From positions 6,234 through 70,233 of the forward strand of contig JBFWMB010000012.1 in NCBI GenBank assembly GCA_050251815.1: 64,000 bases of DNA, written 5' to 3'. Within the stretch, counting starts at the first letter, position 1, and the number at the start of each line of letters is the position of its first letter. The position numbers were made by a program, and so were the translations under genes. The notes beneath the pieces are model-generated. The model was not told where the DNA came from and searched no databases. It saw only the letters and a program-made list of their open reading frames with translations. This DNA comes from Salinivirgaceae bacterium (GTDB lineage Bacteria; Bacteroidota; Bacteroidia; Bacteroidales; SZUA-534). Below are positions 20,887 through 27,431 of the stretch, one piece after another.

Positions 20887-21028
20887 TGTAATTTTATTCA
20901 AACTATTGCTGAAGCTCTGGCTGTTTTACTTGTTATTGTTAGTTTGCAATACCTATCGATTAGTTAATTGTCATCCCTATTTTAGAGAGAATACTGAATT
21001 AGACCATATTACATTTAAAACTTTGACT

Positions 21029-23665
21029 ATGAAAAAGGCTAAACAAATTTTCTCCAAACTGGTATTGCTTGTATTTTTTTGGATACTAACAGCATGTAAT
21101 AATACTTCGATTGAATATCCTTTTCAGAATCCTAAACTTCCGGTTGAGGAACGTATTGATGATTTGTTGAATCGCATGACCCTTGAAGAAAAAGCATCGC
21201 AACTTGTTTATGAGTCGCCGGCTATTGAACGCCTGGGAATTCCGGAATACAATTGGTGGAATGAGTGCCTACACGGTGTGGGGCGGGCCGGATTAGCCAC
21301 CGTTTTTCCACAGGCCATTGGAATGGCTGCCATGTTCGATAAAGAACAACTATTTGCCAATGCAGTAATTATTTCCGACGAAGCCCGGGCAAAACATCAC
21401 GAAGCTGCAAGGAACGGTCAGCGGGGCATTTATCAGGGACTTACCTTTTGGACACCCAACATCAATATTTTTCGCGATCCCCGCTGGGGACGCGGTATGG
21501 AAACTTATGGCGAAGATCCTTTTTTAACTGGTGAATTAGCGGTTGAGTTTATAAAAGGCTTGCAGGGCAACAATGAAAAGTACCTAAAGCTGGTAGCAAC
21601 CGCTAAACATTTTGTAGTTCACAGTGGGCCCGAATACAACCGTCACACCTTTGATGCGCTGGTAAATAAACGCGATTTTTTTGAGACCTATGCTCCGCAT
21701 TTCAAGCGAACCATTGACGAGGCGCAGGTAGAGTCGTTTATGTGCGCTTACAACCGGCTCGACGGCGAACCCTGTTGTGGAAGCGGATACTTGCTAAACG
21801 ACTTGTTGCGTGAGCAATGGGGCTTTAAAGGTTATGTGGTTTCGGATTGCTGGGCACTGGTCGATTTTTACAAAAACCATAAGGTGGTAGGAACTGAAGC
21901 TGAAGCAGCCGCCATGGCATTAAAATCGGGTACCGATTTAAATTGTGGCAGCGTGTATCCTTCGCTGGTTGATGCAATAAACAAAGGACTGGTCGACGAA
22001 ATGTATGTCGATGAATCGCTTCGGCGTTTGCTACATGCCCGTTTTAAACTGGGCATGTTCGATCCTGAACCGATGGTTCCCTTTGCACAGATTCCCTATG
22101 AAGTGGTGAATTCCGATAAGCACAAAGAGGTCGCTTTGCTTTCGGCTCAAAAAAGCATGGTCTTGCTTAAAAACGAACAAAACCTGCTTCCACTTTCCAA
22201 AAACTTAAAAACAATTGCCGTAATTGGGCCAAATGCGAACGATGAGGAAATGCTTTTAGGCAATTACAACGGGCATCCCGAAAAAGCGATTACTCCCTTG
22301 CAGGGGATTGTTAGTAAGCTTGGAAATACAGCGGAAGTTCTGTATGCCAAGGGTTGTGATTTGGCTGAAAACCTACCTTTCTTACAGGCCATTCCTGCTG
22401 CGAATTTTTATCTCGATGCCCATAAAACTTCCCGGGGATTAACAGCATCTTTCTATAACAATATAGATTGTTCGGGCGATGCTGTGTTTAGCGAGACGCA
22501 TCCACAGATTAATTTTAACTGGCAGGGAAACGCTCCCGTTCCGCAGGTTCCGGTCGATAGTTTTAGCATTCGCTGGAACGGCTGGCTGATTCCCGAACTC
22601 ACCGGAGAATACTACCTGGGTGGCGACGGAAAAGATGGCTACCGGATATGGATTGATGGCGAAGAGCTGGTGAATTATCAGGGATATCATCGGAACCAAA
22701 GTCGTTATAAAAGAATAAAACTGGAGAAGGGAAAACCGTATCAGTTACAGGTTGATTATACCCACCTGACCCGTTCGGCTATGATGAAACTGGTTTGGGC
22801 GCGAACCGGCATCGATTTGGAGCAGGAAGCCCTTGAACTTGCAATAAAGGCCGATGTGGTGGTTCTTTGCATGGGTTTGTCGCCACAGCTCGAAGGAGAA
22901 GAAATGGAGGTGGCTGTTGAAGGTTTTAAAGGAGGCGACCGGCTCACCTTAGGGTTGCCCGAAACGCAGACGCAGCTCATCAGGAAAATTCATGCCACCG
23001 GACGTCCCGTTGTCCTTGTTCTGTTGAATGGAAGTGCGCTGTCAGTTAACTGGGAGGCAAAACATATTCCGGCCATACTGGAAGCCTGGTATCCCGGACA
23101 AGCCGGAGGAACAGCCATTGCCGATGTGCTGTTTGGAGATTACAATCCAGCCGGACGCTTACCCGTTACTTTCTACAAAAGTGAAAACCAACTTCCCGAT
23201 TTTGAAGATTATGCCATGCAGGGACGAACCTACCGCTTTTTTAAGGGTGAACCTTTGTTCTCGTTTGGGCACGGGTTGAGTTATACGCAATTTGAATACT
23301 CCGATTTTGTACTACCCCAAAAAGCATCCTTTTCCCAACCTTTAACCCTAAGTGTAAAAGTAACCAACACCGGAAGAATTGCCGGCGACGAAGTAGTACA
23401 ACTGTATGTAAAAGATGTTGAAGCCTCAGTAACTGTTCCTTTGGTTTCGTTGCAGGGGTTACAGCGCATTCACCTGAAACCCGGGGAATCAAAAATGGTA
23501 AGTTTTATGTTGACATCGGATCAACTTGTCGTGTTCGATGAGGATGGCTGTGCAAAAAACGAAGCCGGAGTTTTTGAGATTTCGGTAGGAGGGAAAGCTC
23601 CTTATCAGAAAGGTTTTGATGCACAAACCACTCAGGTTTTAACCCAGTCGGTTTGGCTTGAATAA
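21029..23665 (+). CDS. GH3 beta-glucosidase/beta-xylosidase-type exo-glycosidase with an inserted PA14 domain
   Basis: The ORF track extends to 20819 and overlaps the previous gene. The ATG at 21029 gives MKKAKQIFSKLVLLVFFWILTACNN (lipobox). GH3 motifs are present (NIFRDPRWGRGMETYGEDP, GYVVSDCWAL). A PA14 insert is present (FSIRWNGWLIPELTGEYYLGGDGKDGYRIWIDGE). Confidence 0.9.
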   Translation: MKKAKQIFSKLVLLVFFWILTACNNTSIEYPFQNPKLPVEERIDDLLNRMTLEEKASQLVYESPAIERLGIPEYNWWNECLHGVGRAGLATVFPQAIGMAAMFDKEQLFANAVIISDEARAKHHEAARNGQRGIYQGLTFWTPNINIFRDPRWGRGMETYGEDPFLTGELAVEFIKGLQGNNEKYLKLVATAKHFVVHSGPEYNRHTFDALVNKRDFFETYAPHFKRTIDEAQVESFMCAYNRLDGEPCCGSGYLLNDLLREQWGFKGYVVSDCWALVDFYKNHKVVGTEAEAAAMALKSGTDLNCGSVYPSLVDAINKGLVDEMYVDESLRRLLHARFKLGMFDPEPMVPFAQIPYEVVNSDKHKEVALLSAQKSMVLLKNEQNLLPLSKNLKTIAVIGPNANDEEMLLGNYNGHPEKAITPLQGIVSKLGNTAEVLYAKGCDLAENLPFLQAIPAANFYLDAHKTSRGLTASFYNNIDCSGDAVFSETHPQINFNWQGNAPVPQVPVDSFSIRWNGWLIPELTGEYYLGGDGKDGYRIWIDGEELVNYQGYHRNQSRYKRIKLEKGKPYQLQVDYTHLTRSAMMKLVWARTGIDLEQEALELAIKADVVVLCMGLSPQLEGEEMEVAVEGFKGGDRLTLGLPETQTQLIRKIHATGRPVVLVLLNGSALSVNWEAKHIPAILEAWYPGQAGGTAIADVLFGDYNPAGRLPVTFYKSENQLPDFEDYAMQGRTYRFFKGEPLFSFGHGLSYTQFEYSDFVLPQKASFSQPLTLSVKVTNTGRIAGDEVVQLYVKDVEASVTVPLVSLQGLQRIHLKPGESKMVSFMLTSDQLVVFDEDGCAKNEAGVFEISVGGKAPYQKGFDAQTTQVLTQSVWLE

Positions 23666-23684
23666 ACCGAATTTGTTTTAAAAC

Positions 23685-23728
23685 AAAGGCGGCCCGGAAT
23701 TGAAATTCCAGGCCGCCTTTTCTTTCTT
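23685..23728. terminator. Bidirectional rho-independent terminator between convergent genes
   Basis: AAAGGCGGCC(CGGAAT)...(ATTCCA)GGCCGCCTTT forms a perfect 10-bp GC-rich stem with an inner extension. It is flanked by A-rich and T-rich runs and lies between the GH3 stop (23665) and the kinase stop (23738). Confidence 0.8.
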
Positions 23729-23737
23729 TTCGTATTT

Positions 23738-24706
23738 TTATTCCAGATGTTCTTTAATAAAAGCCCATCCTTTTTCAGATATTTTAGCCCCTAAGTTTTC
23801 AATAACCTTTCCTGAAAGCAAGGCTCCCATTTTGCCGCATTTGCTTAGCGACAGCTTATGAACCATTCCGTATAAAAATCCGGCGGCATAAAGGTCGCCT
23901 GCTCCGGTGGTATCAAAAGCATCGATACCAATAATGCCAACCCGGGCTTCATCGGTTCCGTGTTTGATTAAAGAACCCTGTTTACCGATCTTTACTACGG
24001 CGTATTCACAAAGTGTAGCCAGTTCGTTTAGCGATTCTTCCGGATTTTTTCCGGTAAAGGCACGGGCTTCTTCCTCGTTGGCAAAAATTATATCAACATA
24101 ATCACGAACAATCCGGTGCAAAAATTCTTTGTTTTCTTCAACTACATTGTAGCTGGCCAAATCGAGCGAAACGTTCAGTCCTTTTTCTTTGGCAATTTTA
24201 ACTGCGGTTTCAATCAGTTCATGGTTTTGAACCAAATATCCTTCGATGTGGAAGTATTGATAGCCTTCGAAAATACCCGGATTGATATCGGATGCACACA
24301 ATTCAACCGCCGCTCCCAGATAAGTAGCAAAGGTGCGTTCCGAATCGGGTGAAACCAAAGCTACCGCTTTACCGGTTGGTGTTTCGCTCAACAGAAGAAA
24401 AGGTTCAATACCGGCTTCCTCCAGATCTTCTTTAAAAAACACACCCAGCGGATCGGCGCCAACTTTACCCACAAAACCGGTTTCAATGCCCAAACGGGCC
24501 AGTCCGTGTATGGTATTTGCTGCAGAACCACCTGATGTCATTACCTGATTCAGGTGGTGGGTACTTTCAATTACCAGTTTGCTGAAATTGGCATCCACCA
24601 GTTGCATGCTTCCTTTTGGCAGGTTTAATTCGGTTAATGTACTGTCGTTGTTTAACTTAGTCATCACATCGACCAGGGCGTTGCCCATTCCTAAAATCTT
24701 ATCCAT
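23738..24706 (-). CDS. PfkB-family sugar/nucleoside kinase (adenosine-kinase-like)
   Basis: 322 aa. It has the ribokinase-fold motifs GGSAANT and DTTGAGDLYAAGFLYG. Confidence 0.8.
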   Translation of the reverse strand: MDKILGMGNALVDVMTKLNNDSTLTELNLPKGSMQLVDANFSKLVIESTHHLNQVMTSGGSAANTIHGLARLGIETGFVGKVGADPLGVFFKEDLEEAGIEPFLLLSETPTGKAVALVSPDSERTFATYLGAAVELCASDINPGIFEGYQYFHIEGYLVQNHELIETAVKIAKEKGLNVSLDLASYNVVEENKEFLHRIVRDYVDIIFANEEEARAFTGKNPEESLNELATLCEYAVVKIGKQGSLIKHGTDEARVGIIGIDAFDTTGAGDLYAAGFLYGMVHKLSLSKCGKMGALLSGKVIENLGAKISEKGWAFIKEHLE

Positions 24707-24866
24707 TGTATTGGTTCAAAAATTCAAAAAACGTTGCGAAATAACTCTAAATTTAAAGAATAAAAAAATAATATCGCAATTAATTGACAGTCACAACAGA
24801 AACTTTAAAGTTGAATGAGGTTAAAAAAATTTTGGTTAAATATTTTGCAGATTCAAAAGATGCGCT

Positions 24867-24874
24867 TATTTTTG
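24867..24874 (+). promoter_or_regulatory. Candidate Bacteroidota -7 promoter element (TAnnTTTG) for tRNA-Asn
   Basis: TATTTTTG at 24867-24874 lies 45 nt upstream of the mature tRNA 5' end. This is a motif match only. Confidence 0.3.
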
Positions 24875-24918
24875 CCACGCAATTTGAGAAACGGATTTAC
24901 TCAGGTTGTAAGCGTTCT

Positions 24919-24992
24919 TCCTCCTTAGCTCAGTTGGTTAGAGCACCTGACTGTTAATCAGGGGGTCCTTGGTTCAAGTCCAAGAGGGGGAG
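24919..24992 (+). tRNA. tRNA-Asn (anticodon GUU), 74 nt, no encoded CCA
   Basis: The cloverleaf was folded by hand. Acceptor is TCCTCCT/AGGGGGA (one G-U), D arm is GCTC-AGTTGGTTA-GAGC, anticodon arm is CCTGA-CTGTTAA-TCAGG, variable loop is GGGTC, T arm is CTTGG-TTCAAGT-CCAAG and the discriminator is G. Confidence 0.95.
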
Positions 24993-25003
24993 CTCAACAA
25001 AAT

Positions 25004-25043
25004 AAAGCCTTTGCAGATTTTTTGCAAAGGCTTTTTTATTTTA
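25004..25043 (+). terminator. Rho-independent terminator of tRNA-Asn
   Basis: AAAGCCTTTGCA-gatttt-TGCAAAGGCTTT forms a 12-bp stem, followed by TTTTATTTT. Confidence 0.85.
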
Positions 25044-25045
25044 TA

Positions 25046-25807
25046 ACTGTTAACCAGGGCCCCGAAAGCCTTCGGGGTTGGTTCAAGGGCCTACCGGAAG
25101 GGTTCGGAAAGGGAGCTCAGTAAAAACAAAGCACCTGCAAATTTATTGTGAAGGTTTTTTTATTATATGACAAGAGCAAAAGGTCAAGCCGAATGGTTGC
25201 TCTGGATATTCAACTTTTAAATGATTAATTTTGATGGGCTGTTAACCAGGGCCCCGAAAGCCTTCGGGGTTGGTTCAAGTCCCTGACGAAAGGGTTCGGA
25301 AAGGAACTCAGTAAAAACAAAGCTCCTGCAAATTTATTGTCAAGGTTTTTTATTGTATGACAAGAGCAAAAGGTTAAGCCGAATGGTTGCTCTGGTTATT
25401 CAACTTTTAAGTGATTAATTTTGTAACTGTTAATCAGGGCTCCGAAAGCTTTCGGGGTTGGTTCAAGTCCATTCCGAAAGTTTTCTGATGGGGGAGTCCA
25501 GCAAAATAATGCACTTACAAATTATTGTAGGTACCTTTTTGTTTTGTAGCCATACGAAAGGGTCAATTCGAATACCATTTCTCGAAATATTTAACTTTTT
25601 AATGATTAATTTTATAACTGTTAATCAGGGCCCCGAAAGCTTTCGGGGTTGGTTCAAGTCCATTCCGAAAGGCTTCGGAAGGGGGAGTCCAGCAAAATAA
25701 TGCGCTTGTAAATTATTATAGGTGCCTTTTTATTTTGTAGCCATACGAAAGGGTTAATTCGAATACCATTTCTCGAAATATTTAACTTTTTAATGATTAA
25801 TTTTGAA
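25046..25807 (+). repeat. Four tandem ~190-bp modules (A1 25046-25237, A2 25238-25425, B1 25426-25616, B2 25617-25807), each headed by a hairpin-expanded copy of the 3' half of tRNA-Asn
   Basis: Each unit starts (A/G)CTGTTAA(C/T)CAGG, which corresponds to tRNA positions 31-43. A 7-bp-stem hairpin follows (CCCCGAA-agcy-TTCGGGG), then TTGGTTCAAGTCC (T arm), a second similar hairpin (TTCCGAA-aggc-TTCGGAA in B2), GGGGAG (acceptor 3' strand) and a hairpin plus T-run. A1/A2 and B1/B2 are each roughly 90% identical by eye. A and B types share the head and the tail AACTTTT(T)AAxTGATTAATTTT but differ in the middle. Confidence 0.9.
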
Positions 25808-25851
25808 AGTGTTAATCAATGTCCCGAAAGCCTTTGTGCTTTTCACCAACT
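25808..25851 (+). repeat. Degenerate fifth copy (C) of the tRNA-Asn-derived head, directly upstream of the GIY-YIG ORF
   Basis: AGTGTTAATCAATGTCCCGAAAGCCTTTGTGC aligns with the unit heads (CTGTTAATCAGGGCCCCGAAAGCTTTCGGGG) and has several substitutions. Confidence 0.7.
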
Positions 25852-26151
25852 ATGGAACAAGGCTTTGTATACATATTGTTTAGTAAAAAACTATCGCGAT
25901 TTTATGTTGGTGCTACACGATTAGCCCCAACAGATAGACTATCCTGACATTTGACCAACTATTACGGGATTTTAAAATTCACTGCAAAAGCCGACGATTG
26001 GGAGCCCTTTATAAACATTGAATGTAAAAACTTTGAGCAGGCTTTAAAAATAGAAGCACACATCAAGAAGATGAAAAGTAAAAAGTACATTGAGAATCTT
26101 CAATACTATCCTGATATTATTACCAAATTGCTCGAAAAATATTCTTCGTGA
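25852..26151 (+). pseudogene. Small GIY-YIG (URI-domain) nuclease gene interrupted by an in-frame TGA at codon 32
   Basis: ATG at 25852 gives MEQGFVYILFSKKLSRFYVGATRLAPTDRLS, then TGA (25945-25947). The same frame continues HLTNYYGILKFTAKADDWEPFINIECKNFEQALKIEAHIKKMKSKKYIENL... to TGA at 26149-26151. The (F/Y)VYIL...YVG...R(L)..H......W.......E.Ex.IK pattern is that of the GIY-YIG/URI fold. The ORF track shows only the distal part (25951..26151, TTG start). Confidence 0.7.
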
Positions 26152-26154
26152 AAA

Positions 26155-26195
26155 ACTGTTAATCATTGCCCCGAAAGCTTTCGGGCTTGGTTCAA
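26155..26195 (+). repeat. Sixth copy (D) of the tRNA-Asn-derived head
   Basis: ACTGTTAATCATTGCCCCGAAAGCTTTCGGGCTTGGTTCAAGCCCA starts 4 nt after the GIY-YIG stop and ends 15 nt before the hicB stop. Confidence 0.8.
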
Positions 26196-26209
26196 GCCCA
26201 TTGTCAAAG

Positions 26210-26596
26210 CTAGATTAGAAAACTGGCCTCCGATAATTCGCGACCAATTTGTTGTACACCCTCTAAGATTCTTTTTAACTGGCTGGTCGAGGGTTTTTTA
26301 CTGCCTTTAATATATTGCGCCAACAAACTTTGATTCATACCTATACGTTCACTTAAAGCCTTTGCGTTTATTACCTTGTAAAAATCGAAAAAGCTTTCAA
26401 GGTCATAGGCAAACTGAATGTCGCTAAGGGTATATTCCTCGCTTTCAAAAGCCAAATTTACAGCCTCAACTGCATTTTTTTGAAGGGCTGTAAAACTTTC
26501 GGCCTCGGTGGCAATAAAATTATTTTCAATAGTTCCGGTAGCACTGTATCCTGTATCTTCTTTTACAACTTCTAATAGTATTTTTTTCTTTTTCAT
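26210..26596 (-). CDS. hicB: HicB-family antitoxin (HicB N-terminal fold plus C-terminal XRE-type HTH)
   Basis: 128 aa. The N-terminal part resembles a HicB-like fold (EDTGYSATG...FIATEAESF). The C-terminal HTH is LSERIGMNQSLLAQYIKGSKKPSTSQLKRI. Its start ATG overlaps the hicA stop in the sequence ATGA. Confidence 0.8.
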   Translation of the reverse strand: MKKKKILLEVVKEDTGYSATGTIENNFIATEAESFTALQKNAVEAVNLAFESEEYTLSDIQFAYDLESFFDFYKVINAKALSERIGMNQSLLAQYIKGSKKPSTSQLKRILEGVQQIGRELSEASFLI

Positions 26597-26790
26597 CGCT
26601 TGTTTGTTTTAATATCAGCTTGCTTTAATATTGCCTTTAGCAATCCTTTTTTAACCTCCTTACCTGCATGGTAGGGTACTGTTAACTGTAGATCCTTTTC
26701 GGGATGTTGCATAATAACATGACTTCCTTTTTGCCGGACTACAACCCAACCATTGTTTTTTAATAGCTTAAAAAGGTCGTTGTATTTTAT
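26593..26790 (-). CDS. hicA: HicA-family mRNA-interferase toxin gene lacking a canonical start codon (ATA at the expected Met position)
   Basis: Not in the ORF track. The minus-strand translation is (I)KYNDLFKLLKNNGWVVVRQKGSHVIMQHPEKDLQLTVPYHAGKEVKKGLLKAILKQADIKTNKR, with stop TGA at 26593-26595. The GW...RQKGSH...H....L.VP.H..KE...G motif is classic HicA. The in-frame upstream codons are TAA-TAT-ATT-TAT-TAC-CTT-TGC-ACC-ATA, so no ATG, GTG or TTG is available. Confidence 0.75.
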   Translation of the reverse strand: MKYNDLFKLLKNNGWVVVRQKGSHVIMQHPEKDLQLTVPYHAGKEVKKGLLKAILKQADIKTNKR

Positions 26791-26888
26791 GGTGCAAAGG
26801 TAATAAATATATTACTTTTTCAAACAAATGGAATTTTTGTGTGTTATTGAGTGAATAACCAAGGTATTGAAAAGGTACGCCTAATGAG

Positions 26889-26914
26889 GCTGTTAATCTG
26901 GTTCTCAAACGGGC
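26889..26914 (+). repeat. Seventh, hairpin-less copy (E) of the tRNA-Asn anticodon-loop/T-arm segment
   Basis: GCTGTTAATCTGGTTCTCAAACGGGC corresponds to CTGTTAATC joined directly to a TGGTTC..CAA T-arm-like segment. It lies 99 nt upstream of the hicA start position. Confidence 0.55.
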
Positions 26915-26922
26915 ATTAATAA

Positions 26923-27131
26923 AAACCCGATCTTTTTTAAAAAGATCGGGACTTTGTAAAAAAAGATCGGGTTCTTATAAAATAAAGTCGTGATCTTGTA
27001 AAAAAAGATCGTGACCTTGTAAAATAAAGTCCCGACTTTGTAAAAAATAAACGAGACCTTTTTGCAAAAAGATCGGGACTTGTTTGAAAAAAGATCCCGA
27101 CCTTTTCGAAGAAAGATCGGGACTTTGTTGG
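26923..27131 (+). repeat. Block of one inverted plus nine direct, degenerate 21-22-bp repeats (consensus approx AAAGATCGGGACTTTGTAAAAA); iteron-like and GATC-rich
   Basis: The G of the AGATC/AGTC/ACGAG cores falls at 26944, 26965, 26987, 27007, 27029, 27053, 27071, 27093 and 27115. An inverted copy CCCGATCTTTTT at 26926-26937 forms a palindrome with the first direct copy. A-tracts are phased at about 21 bp. I count 8 GATC sites in about 210 bp. Confidence 0.85.
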
Positions 27132-27431
27132 CCTACGAACCCGTCTTTGATTATTACAGGTAACCTATCCTTAGGCCTGAATTCTAATTGTGTAACGAAC
27201 AGGCATTACGGGTTGTATTTACCAGGCTTTAGCTACTTCTTGTAAAAATGCCTCCACGCCAAGGAACAGGAACCAATACAACCCGGAAATCAATCCAGCA
27301 CTGCTGGAGCTTATTCAAAGTAAAAATCCCAACTTTTAGGGATTGCCGCCATTTTTCTTCGCTGCTACTTTTGACCCGAAGTTTATTCAAATAATAATTC
27401 GAGGGATTTAGTTGGAGAAGAAAAAAGCATC

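Noticed and set aside
20819-21028. N-terminal 70-codon extension of the GH3 ORF overlapping the preceding GH5 gene
   Set aside because: The extension has no protein-like features and overlaps GH5 by 68 nt. The ATG at 21029 yields a canonical lipoprotein signal peptide. The extensions at 7735-7800, 15629-15661, 36360-36389 and 39802-39855 were trimmed for the same reason.
25945-25947. TGA recoding (selenocysteine or an alternative genetic code) in the GIY-YIG ORF
   Set aside because: TGA is used as an ordinary stop elsewhere in the window (for example the GH5 mannanase at 9109-9111, hicA at 26593-26595 and this ORF's own end at 26149-26151). No SECIS-like hairpin follows. A nonsense mutation (pseudogene) is the simplest reading.
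25046-26195. Whether the repeat heads are additional tRNA genes or tRNA pseudogenes
   Set aside because: Each copy begins inside the anticodon stem (tRNA position 31). There is no 5' acceptor strand or D arm upstream. The T stem is reduced to about 3 bp by the second inserted hairpin. They cannot fold into a cloverleaf, so I call them tRNA-derived repeats and not tRNA genes.
24919-26200. Group I intron with a GIY-YIG homing endonuclease inserted in the tRNA-Asn anticodon loop
   Set aside because: The tRNA-Asn at 24919-24992 is uninterrupted and complete. The copies lie downstream of its terminator and not within it. I could not recognise P3-P9 core pairings. The GIY-YIG link is kept only as a hypothesis about the origin of the repeats.
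25046-27131. CRISPR array
   Set aside because: The 190-bp units are far longer than CRISPR repeats and have no unique spacers. The 21-22-bp repeats abut each other with no spacers and are degenerate. No cas genes are present.
27132-27431. Riboswitch (for example cobalamin) or attenuator in the 300-nt leader of the TonB-dependent receptor
   Set aside because: I found only a weak B12-box-like string (CAGCACTGCTGG) and one 6-bp hairpin (AATCCC...GGGATT, 27325-27344) without an adjacent T-run. None of the multi-helix consensus could be traced by eye. A covariance-model scan would be needed, so I make no call.
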